Part shown: in pieces, positions 50,880 to 64,000 of the stretch
How the letters are laid out: each line of letters begins with the position of its first letter
Numbering within the stretch: the stretch's first letter is position 1
Origin: Camelus ferus
Lineage: Eukaryota
Reading direction: 5' to 3'
Length of the DNA: 64,000 nt
Assembly (NCBI RefSeq): GCF_009834535.1
Contig: NC_045697.1
Span: 36,892,001-36,956,000, forward strand
Notes under the pieces: generated by a model
Databases searched by the model: none
Told to the model about the DNA's origin: nothing
What the model saw: only the letters and a program-made list of their open reading frames with translations
Program-made: the position numbers and the translations under genes

Positions 50880-53070
50880 TTGGAACCCCTAATCTGTTGG
50901 TCTGCTACCTAAATATCTATTTGTATCTTCACTTAAAAAATTTTTTTTTTCTTTCCTTTAACCAAAAATCCTGTTGAAACGACACTCTTTCCTTAGAAGT
51001 CCTCAATCATAGCTCATTCCATGGAGTCTATCTTCAGACTCCCATCTTCCAACTTCTCACAGCACTTGACTACATTCTCTCTTGTATAGTCCTTGTCAGA
51101 TCTTACTATAATTATGTCATAAGCCTGACTCCCTATCCTGATAAACAATGAGTTTTTTATTGGTAGGCATGGTATCTTAATTATCTTGATACTCTAAATG
51201 TATGGCCCAATGCCTGATAAATACTTGATAAATAAGTTAATTTCCAATCGAGAAGAAATGCGTACATTCCACTAATGCCTCATTGCAAACTTCCACACCA
51301 CTGTTCTCTTTTCCTCCGATGAACAGGATTTCTATTTATACCACACTGTTCCAAGCCCCAACCCTCATTTTCAGCCTTCCAGGTCACTCACTTTGTGTTG
51401 GGGGTCCTCAAGACCACCCTCAGGTTTGATAATTCACTAAGAAGGACTAATAGGACTCAGCATATAATTATACTTACAGTTAGCTTTACTACAGCAAAAG
51501 AATACAAAGCAAAAATCAACAAAGGAAAAGGCGTATCAATCAAAGTTCAGAGGAAACCAGGAGCAAGCTTGCAAGAGTCTCTTCTCCGTGAAGACACAAG
51601 GGATGTGCTTAATTCCATCAGCAATGTAGTTTTGACAACATGTATATAATGGTGTCTACCAAGAAAGTTCATTAGACGGTCAGTGCCCAAAGTTCTTACC
51701 AAGGGCTCATCATGTAGGTCTCCTCTACTTAGCATGTACCCAAACTCCAGACTCTCAGAAGGAAAACAGGTATTCAGTATAAACTACACTGTTTGTACAG
51801 TTTAGGCACAGGGAGCCATTCTTATCAATTCTGGGATACTGGGAACTCTCCCACATTTCAGGTTCCCAGACACCAGCCAAGAGCCAACACTGCAAGCAAG
51901 GCTTTCCATGGGCAGCAGTCTCAAGCCTGCTATGTTAACTCTTTTATGCACACCTCCACCCTCTCTAAGGACACAGACATTCATGTCACACGTTTTTTCT
52001 CTCTACAAGAACTCTTGACTTCATCCCAATTAATTCAATATTCAGCACCAGAACCTAACTAGTTACCCGACTTAATCTATTCCGAGGAATTTCACTTCTA
52101 CACAATTCACTATGAAGCAGTCTGAATACTGTCATCGCTTGGAACTGTATCATCTCTGAAATCCTGAACTGTAATAAAATTCTCCTCTTACTACTACCAT
52201 CAATCATTTCATTTCTCCTACCCTTAACAAATTTGTTTTGTTTTGTTTTTGTCTGTGGTTGTAACCTACTCCTTACCACTCCTCTTTGCTTTTTCACTCC
52301 ATATCTGCTCCATATGACTATACTTCCTTCCTTCTCTGCCAGAACTAAAGAGTCAATCATTTAACCATATTCTAACAAAACTCTTTATTCTCTGCATCTC
52401 TAGACTCTCTCTTGTCAATCCAGTTCAATTGAAATGTTTACTTTCTTTGCTTTAATCTCCACCACCTGGAGCTACAAGAGAAAAATCTTGAAAAAATCAA
52501 ATTATTTCTAACTTCAGTTAGATTGTTACAGTAATCTTTATTCTTTCCCAATCAGCTCCCTTTTCTACACTTCACTGTTGCTCCTCTATGAGCTCAGCCT
52601 TATCCTTACAATATACTTTTTTTGCAGATAACCATAGTCCTTAACTCCAACCAGAAGAAAAAATAAGACCAATGAACATAACCTGCTATGCCTCCTCTCC
52701 ATTTCATTTTTAGATTTACCTATGTCTTTAGTATCTTTACTATCTTTCTCAATGCAAACTACCATTTGCTCCTGGTTGCATCTTCTTTAATCTCCTCTGC
52801 AATCCACTTATTTCTCCCTCTCTTCTTGTTCCTTACACACAGCCTACAAACCTGCATAAGTCTACCAGCCTGAGAATCTGAATGCCTATTTTTTTCTCCC
52901 TCAATGTATGATGGCATCCATCTCTTTTCCTTCCTCATCCAGTGTCTTGAAAGAGTCCTCTACATTCACTCTTTATCTCACCTCCCATTCATTATTCAAA
53001 CTACCATAATCCATGATTTAATCCACATTCTTTACTGATGAGACTGCTTTCAACAGAGTAGTTGAAAATA
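50880..53070 (+). mobile_element. L2 remnants flanking the MER21 LTR
   Basis: Pyrimidine-rich diverged L2 text (ttgaaagagtcctctacattcact...cacctcccattc; ccaatgcctgataaatacttgataaata). Confidence 0.45.
51394..51952 (-). mobile_element. MER21-family solo LTR
   Basis: tgtgttgggggtcctcaagaccacc...gcctgctatgttaactcttttatgcaca matches my memory of the MER21 consensus; TG...CA ends. Confidence 0.75.
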
Positions 53071-54037
53071 ATTCTTTTTTAACAAGTCCTACTTCATACA
53101 GCATGCTTTCTACTAGCAAAGAGCTCGGGTACCAGAGTGGAGAATGTTCAAACCTAATATACCAGACTTCGTTTGCTATGTCTTCACCTCTGCCAAAGCC
53201 TTTTTTTTTTTTTTTTAATGTATTCTAGGCAAACCAAAGCAACACTGTCAAAGTTTTAGTAAGACCATCCTTTTTTATGAAATAGATAAGAAAAGCCACA
53301 CTTTATGTCCATTAATATAACTATAAAATATCATCTTTAATAGTTTTGATGTGACATAAGTTATTTAGATACTACTTTAGTTCCAGTTCAGGGAAGGTGG
53401 TTTTGTTTTTTTTAAGTTTGGCAGGAGGTAGGGTTTGTTAACAATAAAAATGAGATACATATTTCAGTTTAAGTTGACAGCATCATAAATTACTCCTTTT
53501 ATCCATTATGCTCCTTCAAGTTAAAGGTTTTTAAATAAAAAATAATTTACTTTTTTCTAAGTACAATTGGCCCTGGACAGTATTGAAAATACCAACTTTC
53601 TTAAAATAGTAACTTGGTATGTTTGAAAGAAGAGCAATGGGTAGGAAGCTGAACTCTCTTCAGACCTAATAACCTAACATTCTATTAATCCAAAAAGCTA
53701 AAAGTAGCACTTATTAATTTTAAAAGATATAATTAAAGGTGAGTGGCATCTTTAGTTATCTACAAAAACTAATAAATGAAATAAAACCAAAACAATGTAT
53801 GCTGGCAAGAAAGTATTAAAATGGAAAATATCATGTACTTAAGTGGAACTATAAATTATTACAACCATTCTAGAAATCAATTTGGCACTAAAAATATTTA
53901 TACCTCAACACAGTAATTTCTCCTTTAGAGATCTTACCTAAAAAAAATCTGAAATATGGATAAAAATATATGCATAAAAAAGTTCCCTGAATCTTTATTC
54001 ACAATAGAGAAAAATAAACAAAATAAAATTATGGGAA

Positions 54038-54142
54038 AGGGATGGGGTTATAGCTCAGTGGTAGAGCACCCTGGCATGCATGAGGTCCTGGGTTCAATCC
54101 CCAATGCCTCCGTTAAGGAAAAAAATTTTTTAATTTAAAAAT
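54038..54142 (+). mobile_element. tRNA-derived SINE, camelid Vic-1-like
   Basis: Pol III box A TAGCTCAGTGG (54051-54061), box B GGTTCAATCCC (54091-54101), A/T-rich tail, and a 17-bp TSD aaataaaattatgggaa at 54021-54037 and 54143-54159. Confidence 0.85.
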
Positions 54143-55079
54143 AAATAAAATTATGGGAAGATTAAGTAAATCACAATGTCCCAGCATAACAGAATATTAG
54201 GCAATTCTTAAAAATGAAGTTTGCAAACAACATGGTAAATACACATAATCTACTGCTAAGTAAAAAGAAAACACAAAAACTGTACCTATAACATGATCTC
54301 AAATGTAAAGGAAAACACTTACAACATGATAGACCCTCAAGAGCACAATTCAATAGTATGCAAAAAAAAGTCAAAAAAATTCATATCCTTTGATCTAGTA
54401 ATTCTACTTCTAGAAATGTATCAGAAGAAAATAATTATAGGTTTAATTCTGTATGGCACAGATATGTTAATGAGTAATCAAGTATTCTATAGTGTTATTT
54501 TGGTGAGGGAGTATTTGGTGAGGGACATTTTGTTTCATTTGTTGTTTCTAAAATAGGACCTATTTTTCAGAGATGTATAGTAAATGCTAAGTAAATACTT
54601 TAAAAGTATTTTATACAGTAACATCAACGTAATTTTTTCTATTTGAATCTTTTATTTGGTTATTAACTAGGTATGTTATCACAAGTAAACAAGGGGTTTG
54701 GGGTTCACTAATCAATAGCTTTCCTGAATGCGTGCTAACCTTTTCTATAGTTCTAGTCCATGTAATCCCCAGTTTTCTTTTTATTTTGATTTTTAATTCT
54801 TCTATGTTCCTTGTATCTCATATTAATGTCTCTTACATTTCATTAATGCATTGTTATTTTGAATTAAAATGTTTCGTGGTGAATTGTGCCCTTTAAATAC
54901 AGAAGTACAAGAATATGACGTCTTCAACTTTGTTTTGTTCGTGTTAATTTTCCTTGCTTCTGAGTTGCAGTGCTATTTTTAACAGTGAAAGTTTGAAAAC
55001 AACAGAAGTAAACTACTATTGTATTAAATTAATTATGATGCATCAATTTGAAGAGATACTACACAGTCCAAAACCATAT

Positions 55080-55700
55080 ACACTAGAAAGTAGCCTAACT
55101 AGGAGCTTCCTACACTTTGGTGAATTAGACCACAAATAGGTATCTGCTTTAAGAACAGCTAATCCCTGGGCTGGCTAGCAGCACGTGGGATGGCAGGGCC
55201 CAACAGCCCTACTCAACTTAAACAACATTAACTAACTCAATCTAATCCTCTTTCTTGAGGTATCTGAATAAGAGGCAATAGTTTTTGGAAACACGAAGCT
55301 TAGACTGAAGCCAAGACATAGTAAAGTCATGAATAAGTAGAAGTTATGAATAAACTAAAGCCAAAAGTAAGCAGAAACTATGAGACAGAGGGAAAAAGCA
55401 GTCTGCCAACTCTTGCTGCAACAGCAGAAGCTGGAACTGAGAGTAGGTAAGTCCCTGTGACAGACCACTAGACCAAAGGACACAATCTGCTGAAAAAAAT
55501 GACAGAATAAATTTCATAACCAAAGCTGCATTCAGTTATTCAAAACAATAATATTCCAGTCTCCTTGAAGCCTGGCAAAACAATGGCAGAGTTTCATGTC
55601 TTCTTTAGTCTCTATGCATTTTTACAAAAAACTTGCACTACTTAAGGCCCCCTAAGGTGTTCTATTCTTTGGAATCTATTAGAGCCAACGTTTCATACTA
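55080..55700 (+). mobile_element. Degenerate MaLR (MLT1-like) LTR
   Basis: The 3' end cttaagg...ttctattctttggaatc resembles MLT1 LTR ends; highly diverged. Confidence 0.35.
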
Positions 55701-56804
55701 TGTAAGAACCGGCAAATGTTCCCAATATGTTAAACAAAAAATGTGGAGTACAAAACACTTTATAAGTATGGTCTTAACTTTTTAATAAAAATATTTACAT
55801 ATAAACAGAAAATCCAAGGCAATAATATTATGGGTGATGTTTCATTTTCATATTTTACATTTTCTAAAATTTCAATAACATATATTACTATTTTAAACTA
55901 AAGATTACTAGGAAAAAGATTTTAATAAGGACTAGAAATACACCAAAATATTAAATATTTTCCTCTTGGTGATTATAGATGGTTTATTTTCTGCTTCACT
56001 TGGAAGTACTACTTCCCAATTTTTAATAATCTTTATGTTTTTCATTATAATTAGAAAAATAATTAAACCTGAAGAAAAAAGTAGATGATTAAAGGGGTTT
56101 TGTTTTTTATTTTTAAGTGAGCCTAAGGAAATATGTGTGCAATTGGCATGTCACATTTCAAGACAATTCTGCTAGTTTTAAAGTACATTTTTGAGTAAAT
56201 TTTAAGGATTTTTAAAGTATATTTAAATATATATTAAGTATTTTGTAAAGAATTTTAAAAATAAATAGAAAAAAATTCCTAATTCCACAGTAGTAGAACC
56301 TCAGAATCTGAGAGCTAGAAAGGACCACAACTATTATTTAGCACAAACATTTAATTTTACAAATGAAGAAACTGATGCACAAAAGGCAAGTATCTTGGGT
56401 CTCATGGCTAATTAATACATAGGATCTAAGCTAGACCCTTATTCTCCAGAACCCAAGCTGGGGGCAACTTCTATTGCAGGACAATGCCTTCAATAACGTT
56501 CTCTGTAAGCACAGAAAATGTTTATCTCCTTGAAATAGAAACTGTAAAATTAGAAAATATTTGAAAATTGGAGGGAAAAAACTTTTCCATCAAACAGAAA
56601 TTACAAAATTAAAACTAATACATAACAGATGTTCACATTCTCATATGGACCTAGGGAAAAAAAAATCTGTTTTTGAGCTTTTCACATTTGTACCTAAAAT
56701 CCCAAAATACAGGATTTTGTTATAAATGCTTGTGTTGATGAATAACACAGAGAACGCTTCAGTTTGTTGCTTTAGTTCAATAAAATAAAAGCAATTAAGC
56801 AAAT

Positions 56805-57005
56805 AAGACTCAGGAGTCGGACTGCTTGAATTGAAATCTTGACACTGTCAATTTTTAGGTATGTCACTTTGAGCAAGTCAGTTACCTTTTTGAGCCTGTT
56901 TCCCTATTTAGATACCAGGGATAATAAAAATGCCTAACTCATTAAATGAGTTCATATACATAAAGCATCAACAGTGCATAAACCCTGTATGTTTAACTGC
57001 TTTTA
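56805..57005 (+). mobile_element. MIR SINE
   Basis: ggagtcggactgcttgaattgaaatc...gagcaagtcagttacc...gagcctgtttcc. Confidence 0.7.
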
Positions 57006-57504
57006 TTACTATAAAACAATGTAAATGTATGCTATATTTTTATTAAGGTTGTCATCCTTCTAATAAAGTGGGCAATGTTGTCATTTAACATCCACTCTGG
57101 ATAATGATAAATTAGAGAATGTCCAGATCTCAATGACTTCACAAATATTCTTTTCAAACAGCTTAGCAAATAGAATAGCCAGTGATAAAACTGGCTAATG
57201 TCTAATGTTAACTGTCAAATATTCCAACTTTCTGCCAAATTCTGTAAGGTCAGGGGGTAATGTGGAGGAAAAAAGGGATCATAGAGTGGTGCTGAGTTCA
57301 GGAAAGTCAGGCAACATTAAATAGCTGTAGCAAACATGGGCAATCATGAGGCCAGGAATCCAAGCAAATAAGACAAAGGTTGAAAAGCACAAAGAAGTTA
57401 TTGTGGTGAAAACATAAGAGCAACTAAATGGAGAGACAGAATGTCTGAATTCTAATCCTGGTTCTGACAGCAACTAGGTATATTATCTCAGGAAAGCAAA
57501 TCTC

Positions 57505-58616
57505 AAGACAGCTTACAAAATGAAAGAAAATATTCACAAAGGATGAGACTGATAAGGGATTAATTTACAAAATATACAAATAGCTTATACAGCTCAATAT
57601 AAAACAACAACAACAACAACAAACAACTCAGGCAAAAAATGGGCAGAAGACCTAAATAGACATTTCTCCAAAGAAGACATACAGATGGCCAGTAAGCATA
57701 TGAAAAGATGCTCAACATCACTCATTATTAGAGAAATGCAAATCAAAACTACAATGAGGTTTATTACCTTACACTGGCCAGAATGGCCATCATCAGAAAG
57801 TCTACAAATAATAAAAGCTGGAGAGGGTATGGAGAAAAGGAAACCTCTTAAACTGTTGGTAGGAATGTGAATTGGTGCTGCCACTGTGGAAAACAGTACA
57901 GAGATTCCTTAAAAAACTAAAAGTACAGTTACCATATAATCCAGCAATCCCACACCTGGACATATATCCAGAAAAGATGAAAACAAATTCTAAAAGATAC
58001 ATGCACCCTAATGTTCCTAGCAGCACTATTTACAACAGCCAAGACATAGAACCATGGAAGCAACCTAAATGTCCATCAACAGATAAATTGATAAAGATGT
58101 GGTGTATGTACATGCAAGTGCGCGCACACGCGCGCGCACACACAGAGGAACATTACTCAGCCATAAAAAAGAATGAAATAATGCCATTTGCAGCAACATG
58201 GATGGAACTATAGATTCTCATACTAAGTGAAACAAGTCAGAGAAAGACAATAAATATATATCACTTATATGTGAAATCTAAAATAATGACACAAATGAAC
58301 TTATTCACAAAATAGAAATAGACTCACAGACATAAAAAACAAACTTATGGTTTCCAAAGGTGCAAGTGGTGGGGGCATATATTAGGAATTTGGGATTAAC
58401 AGATAACACTACCATATATAAAATAGATAAACAAAGGACCTCCTGTATAGTACAGGGAACTATATTCAGTATCTTGCAATAATCTATAATGGGGGGTAAA
58501 AGAATCTGGAAAAAAAAAATATATATATATGTATAACTGAATTACTTTGCTGTACATCTGAAACACTGTAAATCAACTATATGTCAGTAAAATGAAAAGA
58601 AAAAAAAAAAAAAAAC
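57505..58616 (+). mobile_element. 5'-truncated L1 (ORF2 C-terminal remnant, cetartiodactyl-type 3' UTR, poly(A))
   Basis: Degenerate ORF2 peptides ([46 protein letters not shown]), poly(A) at ~58590-58615, and a 10-bp TSD agcaaatctc at 57495-57504 and 58617-58626. Confidence 0.92.
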
Positions 58617-58879
58617 AGCAAATCTCCTTTCTGGCTTTATTTGTCTCACGTAAGACAACCTGCTTCTCAGGCCATTTATGGCCCAAAGGTCAAACACAAT
58701 CCCAAAGTTTTTAAGAAAAAAAAAATAGCAAGGCTTTCTGGGTTCACATTTTATAGGTGGAACAGCTGCTGCAAAACAGGGAGAACGTTTTAAAACTTTA
58801 TTCTTCTCAAAAAAGTGAGTTTTCCTCTTTGCAAGGGAAGGTTGTCTAAAGTTTGTAGACTTTATCAAGTCTGGTTCAC

Positions 58880-59615
58880 CTCAAGTTCTAACAGAGGAAA
58901 CACTATGAAAGAAGAAAAAGCACAGAGTAAGGGAAAGGTAGATGAGTTTTAAGTAGAAGGGAGGGTAGGGCTCAAGACAACTGTGAAAGATATGAAGAGA
59001 GTGAAGGAACTAGCCATTTTGATATCTAGGGGGAATAGTCCAGAAAGTGGAACCAGCCAGTGCAAAAACCCTAAGCCAGGAGTGTGCCTAGAATAATTCA
59101 AGGAATGGAAAGGAAAGTAATGTGACTAAAATGGGATGAACAAGTGAAAGAATGATAGAAAAGAAATCAGAGAAATAATGATGGGTCAGATCAGGTAGGG
59201 TCTTGAAGACTATTAAAAGGAACTTTTAACTCTGGAGGTGGAGAGCTTTGGGAAGTCTGGATGCAGAAGAGACATGATCTGATTTATGTAGCAGATGTAC
59301 CAAAAAGATTGTAAAGCTTGAAAGGCAAAGGGGGGAGCAGGAAGAAGAAAAGTATTAAGTGTAACACAGAAAGAGACACCAGCAGTCGAGATGGTAAAAA
59401 GTGGTCAGATTTTGAATACAGTTTGAAGATAGTGCCGATGGATTGATTTCTTGACAGATTAGATGCAGTGAAAGAGAAAGAGGGACATCAAGGATATGCC
59501 AAAGATCTTTTAGTCTAAGGAAATAAGATGCCAGATCTGCCATCAATTAAGAATTGGGAAGGCTGCATTTGTAGCTGATTTGGGGGGGAAGATTATAAGT
59601 TCAGTTCTGGATATT
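58880..59615 (-). mobile_element. L2 LINE remnant
   Basis: ccagtgcaaaaaccctaagccaggagtgtgcct...gtggtcagattttgaatac...agttcagttctggata. Confidence 0.75.
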
Positions 59616-61299
59616 TTGGACTCTGAGACACTCAATCTGTACAAATCTATGGGCTCGGAGAATCTTATCTTCCTGTTGATGTAACACCTCTGAACATATG
59701 AACCTGAAATTTCAGATTCAATGTGAACACATGGGTTATGCAGAGGGTGAGTGAAGATGGCACGTATTTCCTAATGCTGAACTCTGAGTTCAATGGAATT
59801 AGCTTTTCAGCTATCTGGGGAGATGAAGTCATAACCATAGATGAAATTGACAGATTTTAATGCATAAAAATCACACTTTAAATTTATCTGGCTGCCTTAA
59901 TATACACATGAATATCAATGTGGCTCATAGAGGGATAGAACTGAAAGTGTACTATGTCTACTCAGAAGATACAGAATCCCTGGAGTTGGAGACATATAAT
60001 ATATGAGTCTCAGAATAAGTCTAAAAATTTTAACTGTGTGACCAAATTCTGAACATTTGGGTTCAGTCAGCTCTGTGAAAATATAATCTCTTCATAAGCT
60101 AGGGAAATCAAAAACTTATTTAAATCATGTACTACATTCACTCTGTCATAAACCTTATCATTATATACAGTTCTATAATAGAATAGCATTAGAATTTTAC
60201 TAATTTTCAATTATTAAGATTATATTTTCAAGTATTAACAGTTAATAACACATGTTGTTAAATAGTGAAAGCTATGCAAATATACACTGATTAAACTTCA
60301 TGGTATTAACGTCTGATTGTATAGGGATTCAATTAATCCAACTCAACTACTTTCAATTATCTTCACCAGACTAAGGAAAAAAAAATTTCTATATCTAATT
60401 TATATACATTTTGGAATATTCTTCATACTTGTATAAATACTATGAGCAACACAATGGTGATAAATTATGTTCATTTCAGAAATCATATATACTTGAATTG
60501 GTTTATAGACTACAAAAATATCAATTTCAAGTAACATTTACAATTAAATAGTTTAGAAAGAGCAGGGAAGAAGGCTGGGTAAATAGGAATTCCTTCACTG
60601 GACTAACCAAGGACTCTATTGTAATTAAAATTCAAGATCAAAGAGAATAAAACAAGGAGCTCTAGCAGGAAGCAGATGGATACAGACAAGACAGACAGGC
60701 AGACGGAGATACACACATATATACACATTCACTTCTTATCAGTCAAAAAAGCAAAAGTAAGTTAACCCAAATTCCAACCAACTCTACCCTAAGTAAACTT
60801 CATTTACTAGATGCAGGATGGAAAACAGCTTAAGAAGAAAATCATTTTTCCAGATCTTTGGGAGAAAACTTCAGCCCTTATATATACAGTTAGTTTTAAG
60901 AGTAAAGATGTAAAAAGCACAAATCTTTTCCTCAAATCTAAAGCGCAGACCATTGTCAAAAACACCACACATCTTGTAGCTAAAGTGTACAAAGGTCCTC
61001 ACTTCAAAACCTACGATCTTGTGGGAAAGCCCTTCTCCACTTCCAGCTCATGCTGTTCTGGCATACTAGCTGCCCTGTGGCAAGAGAACAGGAAATGCAG
61101 GTATGTCATCAAGGCAGTCTCCAGTCAATAGTAAGGGCAGCCACAGTTGCTCGACCTCAGCCTCCACAAAGCCAAAACAAAAACAAAAACAAACAAAAAA
61201 ACCCCACAACTGGGGAATGAGATGGGAAAAGTGGCCGATGCTATACTTTGCCATACTTCATAGGAAAATTGGGAAATTTGATGGCTTACAGGCAGAACT

Positions 61300-61725
61300 G
61301 TAATATCTCCATTATCTAAAGTCCATCACCCTAGATCAAGCCACTATCATCTCATCTGTACTGTTCCAATAGCCTCCCAACTACTACTCTACCCAGTTTC
61401 ACTCTAATCTCTATACAATCCTTTCTGGTCCCTACTGAGCTCACCAACCTCATTTCAAGGCACTACCTCCTTTGTTTGTGCCTTAGTTCTCCAGACCTGC
61501 AGCGCTTTTCACAGGACTCTTTTAGTCTTCCTAAATGTTACCTTCTCAGAGAGGTTCTCCCTGATCCCATTAGATTCTATCACAGAATCGAATGAGCTCC
61601 TTCATAGCAATTTTCTCAGACATAATTTGTCTATTGGCAGAGGAACTACGTGTGTTTCATTCAAAACCATATACTTACAGCCTCACATAATACTTAGCAT
61701 AAAATTTAATAAATATTTGTTAAAT
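61300..61725 (+). mobile_element. L2 3' fragment
   Basis: caagccactatcatctc...aatagcctcccaact...ttaccttctcagagagg...aataaatatttgttaaat. Confidence 0.7.
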
Positions 61726-62219
61726 TACTTATCAAGAAATGTCAGTAAGACAGTTGATAATGAAAGATTAATCAAAAATACCTTGAGGAAACAAGTAACT
61801 TAAAACTCAAGTATTAACATTCAAATATCTAAATCCCAGCACTCAGAATCAACTTCTCTTTATACATCATTCTAGTAAGATTGGTTGTCTCATTTCCAAC
61901 CTACAGCTGATCAATTAGGAGGAAAAGAAGGTAAACAGAAAGCAAAAGCCATCACATGTGAAATTCAAAGAAAGCACCATTTTAAGACCCTCAAACCACA
62001 AAATACCTCAACAGCCTTTAAGAACATCACTGTGTAACAATCTGATATCTGCTTTTGATTAAACATTTCCTCAATCAGATAATTCTGATTTATGCTCAGG
62101 ATCTCCTTTTAAAGCAGGAAAGTATATGTCACCTTTTAGACTTATTTCCAAGAAAATGGTAAAGATTAAACAAAAAAATATGCATGAAGGGATAAACAAC
62201 AAAAAGTGGTAAGCAATAA

Positions 62220-62405
62220 TTTGCTGAGTGCCTACTATGGTTCCAAGTCATCAGATAAATTATTTGACTCTGACACCTAATCTCTGAGGTAGATACCCCT
62301 TTAGCAGATAAGAAAACTAAAGTTCTGAAGGATTAATGGTTACAGTTAGAAAGTTTCTGAGAACTGAAATTAGCTTGACATCAAAGACCATGCTCTTTCC
62401 ACAGT
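62220..62405 (-). mobile_element. MIR SINE
   Basis: ttgctgagtgcctactatg...ctgaggtagat...gataagaaaactaaag...catgctctttccac. Confidence 0.6.
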
Positions 62406-62411
62406 ACCATC

Positions 62412-62592
62412 CATTGCTTTCCAAATGTGTTTGATATGAGAATCACCTAAGCTCTTACTAAAAATAAAAATTCCTAGACTCTTCCCATAAAGATTCTGAC
62501 TGAGGATGAATCGGATAAAAACTTGTAATGTATATATATATTTTTAAATATCTTTAGTGATTCTGGTAACCAGGTAAATTTAAGAAATCTTG
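62412..62592. mobile_element. MER5-like hAT element
   Basis: agaatcacct...aaaaattcctagac...agattctgact...gtgattct...tttaagaaatcttg. Confidence 0.6.
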
Positions 62593-63229
62593 TACTGGGA
62601 TTAAGCTAGACTACATGAACATGGAAACACTGGTATAAGATCTGACTTTATAAATGGATTCTGAAACAAATCATGAAAGGCACCAACAAATCTTACACAG
62701 AAGATACTAGAGTAAGGGTACCTAACCGCATTTGTTGCTACATGTTATATTTAAAAGCTTTATTTTATTAAGAGTGAAATCTTAAGTAGCTTTATAGTAG
62801 ATTAGAAAGCTAAACCAGACATAGACACTATAGAGACTTAAAAGATTCCCTTCTGAGTATATAGTTGGTCTAATATACTGGGCGTTTAACCTGATAGGAA
62901 TATAAACTCAAGTTGGAATTCAAGAGCAGCTCTCAAAAACACTATTCTTTAGAGCAATATTATTATGAGTAACATGATTTAGAATAATAGTACTATTTAT
63001 TTACCACTGTAAACAATTTCATATAATTTACTCTCCATCATTTAGTCTCTGTATTCCACTTAGCTAGTCAGATAAAATTTTAAGTATTAGTTAATTTCAC
63101 ATCTGTTAGCAGGCAGAAATCCCACACTAAACTGTTTGGACTGAAATAGCCTGTGAATTTCAAATTAAAATATAGCAAAATTTGGAAACTTCAGTTTACT
63201 GTTCTGATAAGGTCCAAAGATGTATACAA

Positions 63230-64000
63230 TTACCTCATTTATTTAGAGAACATTTCAGGGCCCATAATATTCCAGACATTATATTAAGTAGTGGACAAAT
63301 AAAGACCAATAAGCATAATTCCTGTCCTCAAAGAACTACACAGCTTTATGGAGAAATATCAGTAAGTTCTTCAAAAATGTCAAAACAAAAAGTTTAATCT
63401 TTTAAAAATGGAATGACTATACTGGGTGGAGGAAAGGAGATGGGAGTTATGAAGTTTTGAAAAAGTATTTAATTGAAGTGAATCTGTTATTTGGGCAAAT
63501 CATGCTCATGTCTCTTGTTGCTTAACCACAGCATCTAGGAGCAGTCTTGAAATAAGGACAGTTCAGGACAGACAATTTTTTTTTTAACTCTACCATTTGA
63601 AAGTTCAATAAATACTAAAGTGTTTCTGTGCCATTTCCTATGCAAAGACCCTATTGTATCCCAAAATGTTTCCAGATTCTTTCATTTCAAGTCACGTTTC
63701 TAAATCTTTCAATTTTCTACAGCATACCTGAGATGAAGACAAAGAGAGCGATGTTCTACAGCCATTGATAAAAACTGGTGCTGAAGGATAAGGAATTATT
63801 TGTGGAGATGTGAAGATTATATCTTAGACGAAGTACTCAAAGATATGATAATTTTGTGAAATCAGAAGAGAATAACATTAGAAACAAACCTCAGTAAAAA
63901 TAAGTTGGCTTTAAGACAGGGCTGAAGTCAGAAGTCAAAGATTATGCATGCCCTAGGAAAGCTCCAAGTTTGATTCTGATTTAGGAGGGCACGAAATGAG
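63230..64000 (-). mobile_element. Diverged L2 fragments
   Basis: cattcatttatt-like end, tcctgtcctcaaagaactaca, and purine-rich body at the window end. Confidence 0.45.

Noticed and set aside
54040..54115. Possible tRNA gene
   Set aside because: The anticodon arm is degenerate, and the A-rich tail and 17-bp TSD show it is a SINE.
57594..58213. Overlapping 61-113 aa ORFs
   Set aside because: Frameshifted L1 ORF2 C-terminus and its antisense frames.
60811..61131. 106-aa ATG ORF antisense in intron 1
   Set aside because: No recognisable homology, Kozak or exon context; expected by chance in 64 kb.
48896..64000. CHIC2 exon 1 or promoter
   Set aside because: No CpG island or MADFDEIYEE-type coding sequence found; it must lie beyond the window.

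Overview
AT-rich mammalian genomic DNA, probably camelid: it carries a young tRNA-derived SINE resembling camelid Vic-1 and a cetartiodactyl-type L1 3' UTR. The window holds the 3' part of CHIC2 (cysteine-rich hydrophobic domain 2) on the minus strand. Coding exons 2-6 lie at 48840-48894, 48537-48692, 25980-26036, 25754-25813 and 22440-22490, all with GT-AG splice sites and a continuous frame ending ...PKTPIFRPD*; exon 1 lies beyond the right edge. Old repeats (L1, L2, MIR, CR1, hAT, LTR) dominate 1-9 kb and 32-64 kb, while about 9-32 kb is strikingly repeat-poor. The best leads are all in that interval: (i) a candidate unannotated alternative terminal exon of CHIC2 (14554-14700, phase-compatible, 48 codons); (ii) a strong distal poly(A) site at ~11.4 kb versus only weak proximal signals, suggesting alternative last-exon use or a very long 3' UTR; (iii) motif-dense intronic elements at 26.7-28.8 kb that probably act as developmental enhancers for the neighbouring GSX2 locus. 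Repeat family names come from memory of consensus sequences and their boundaries are approximate. I recognised no ORF in the supplied track as a genuine cellular gene.
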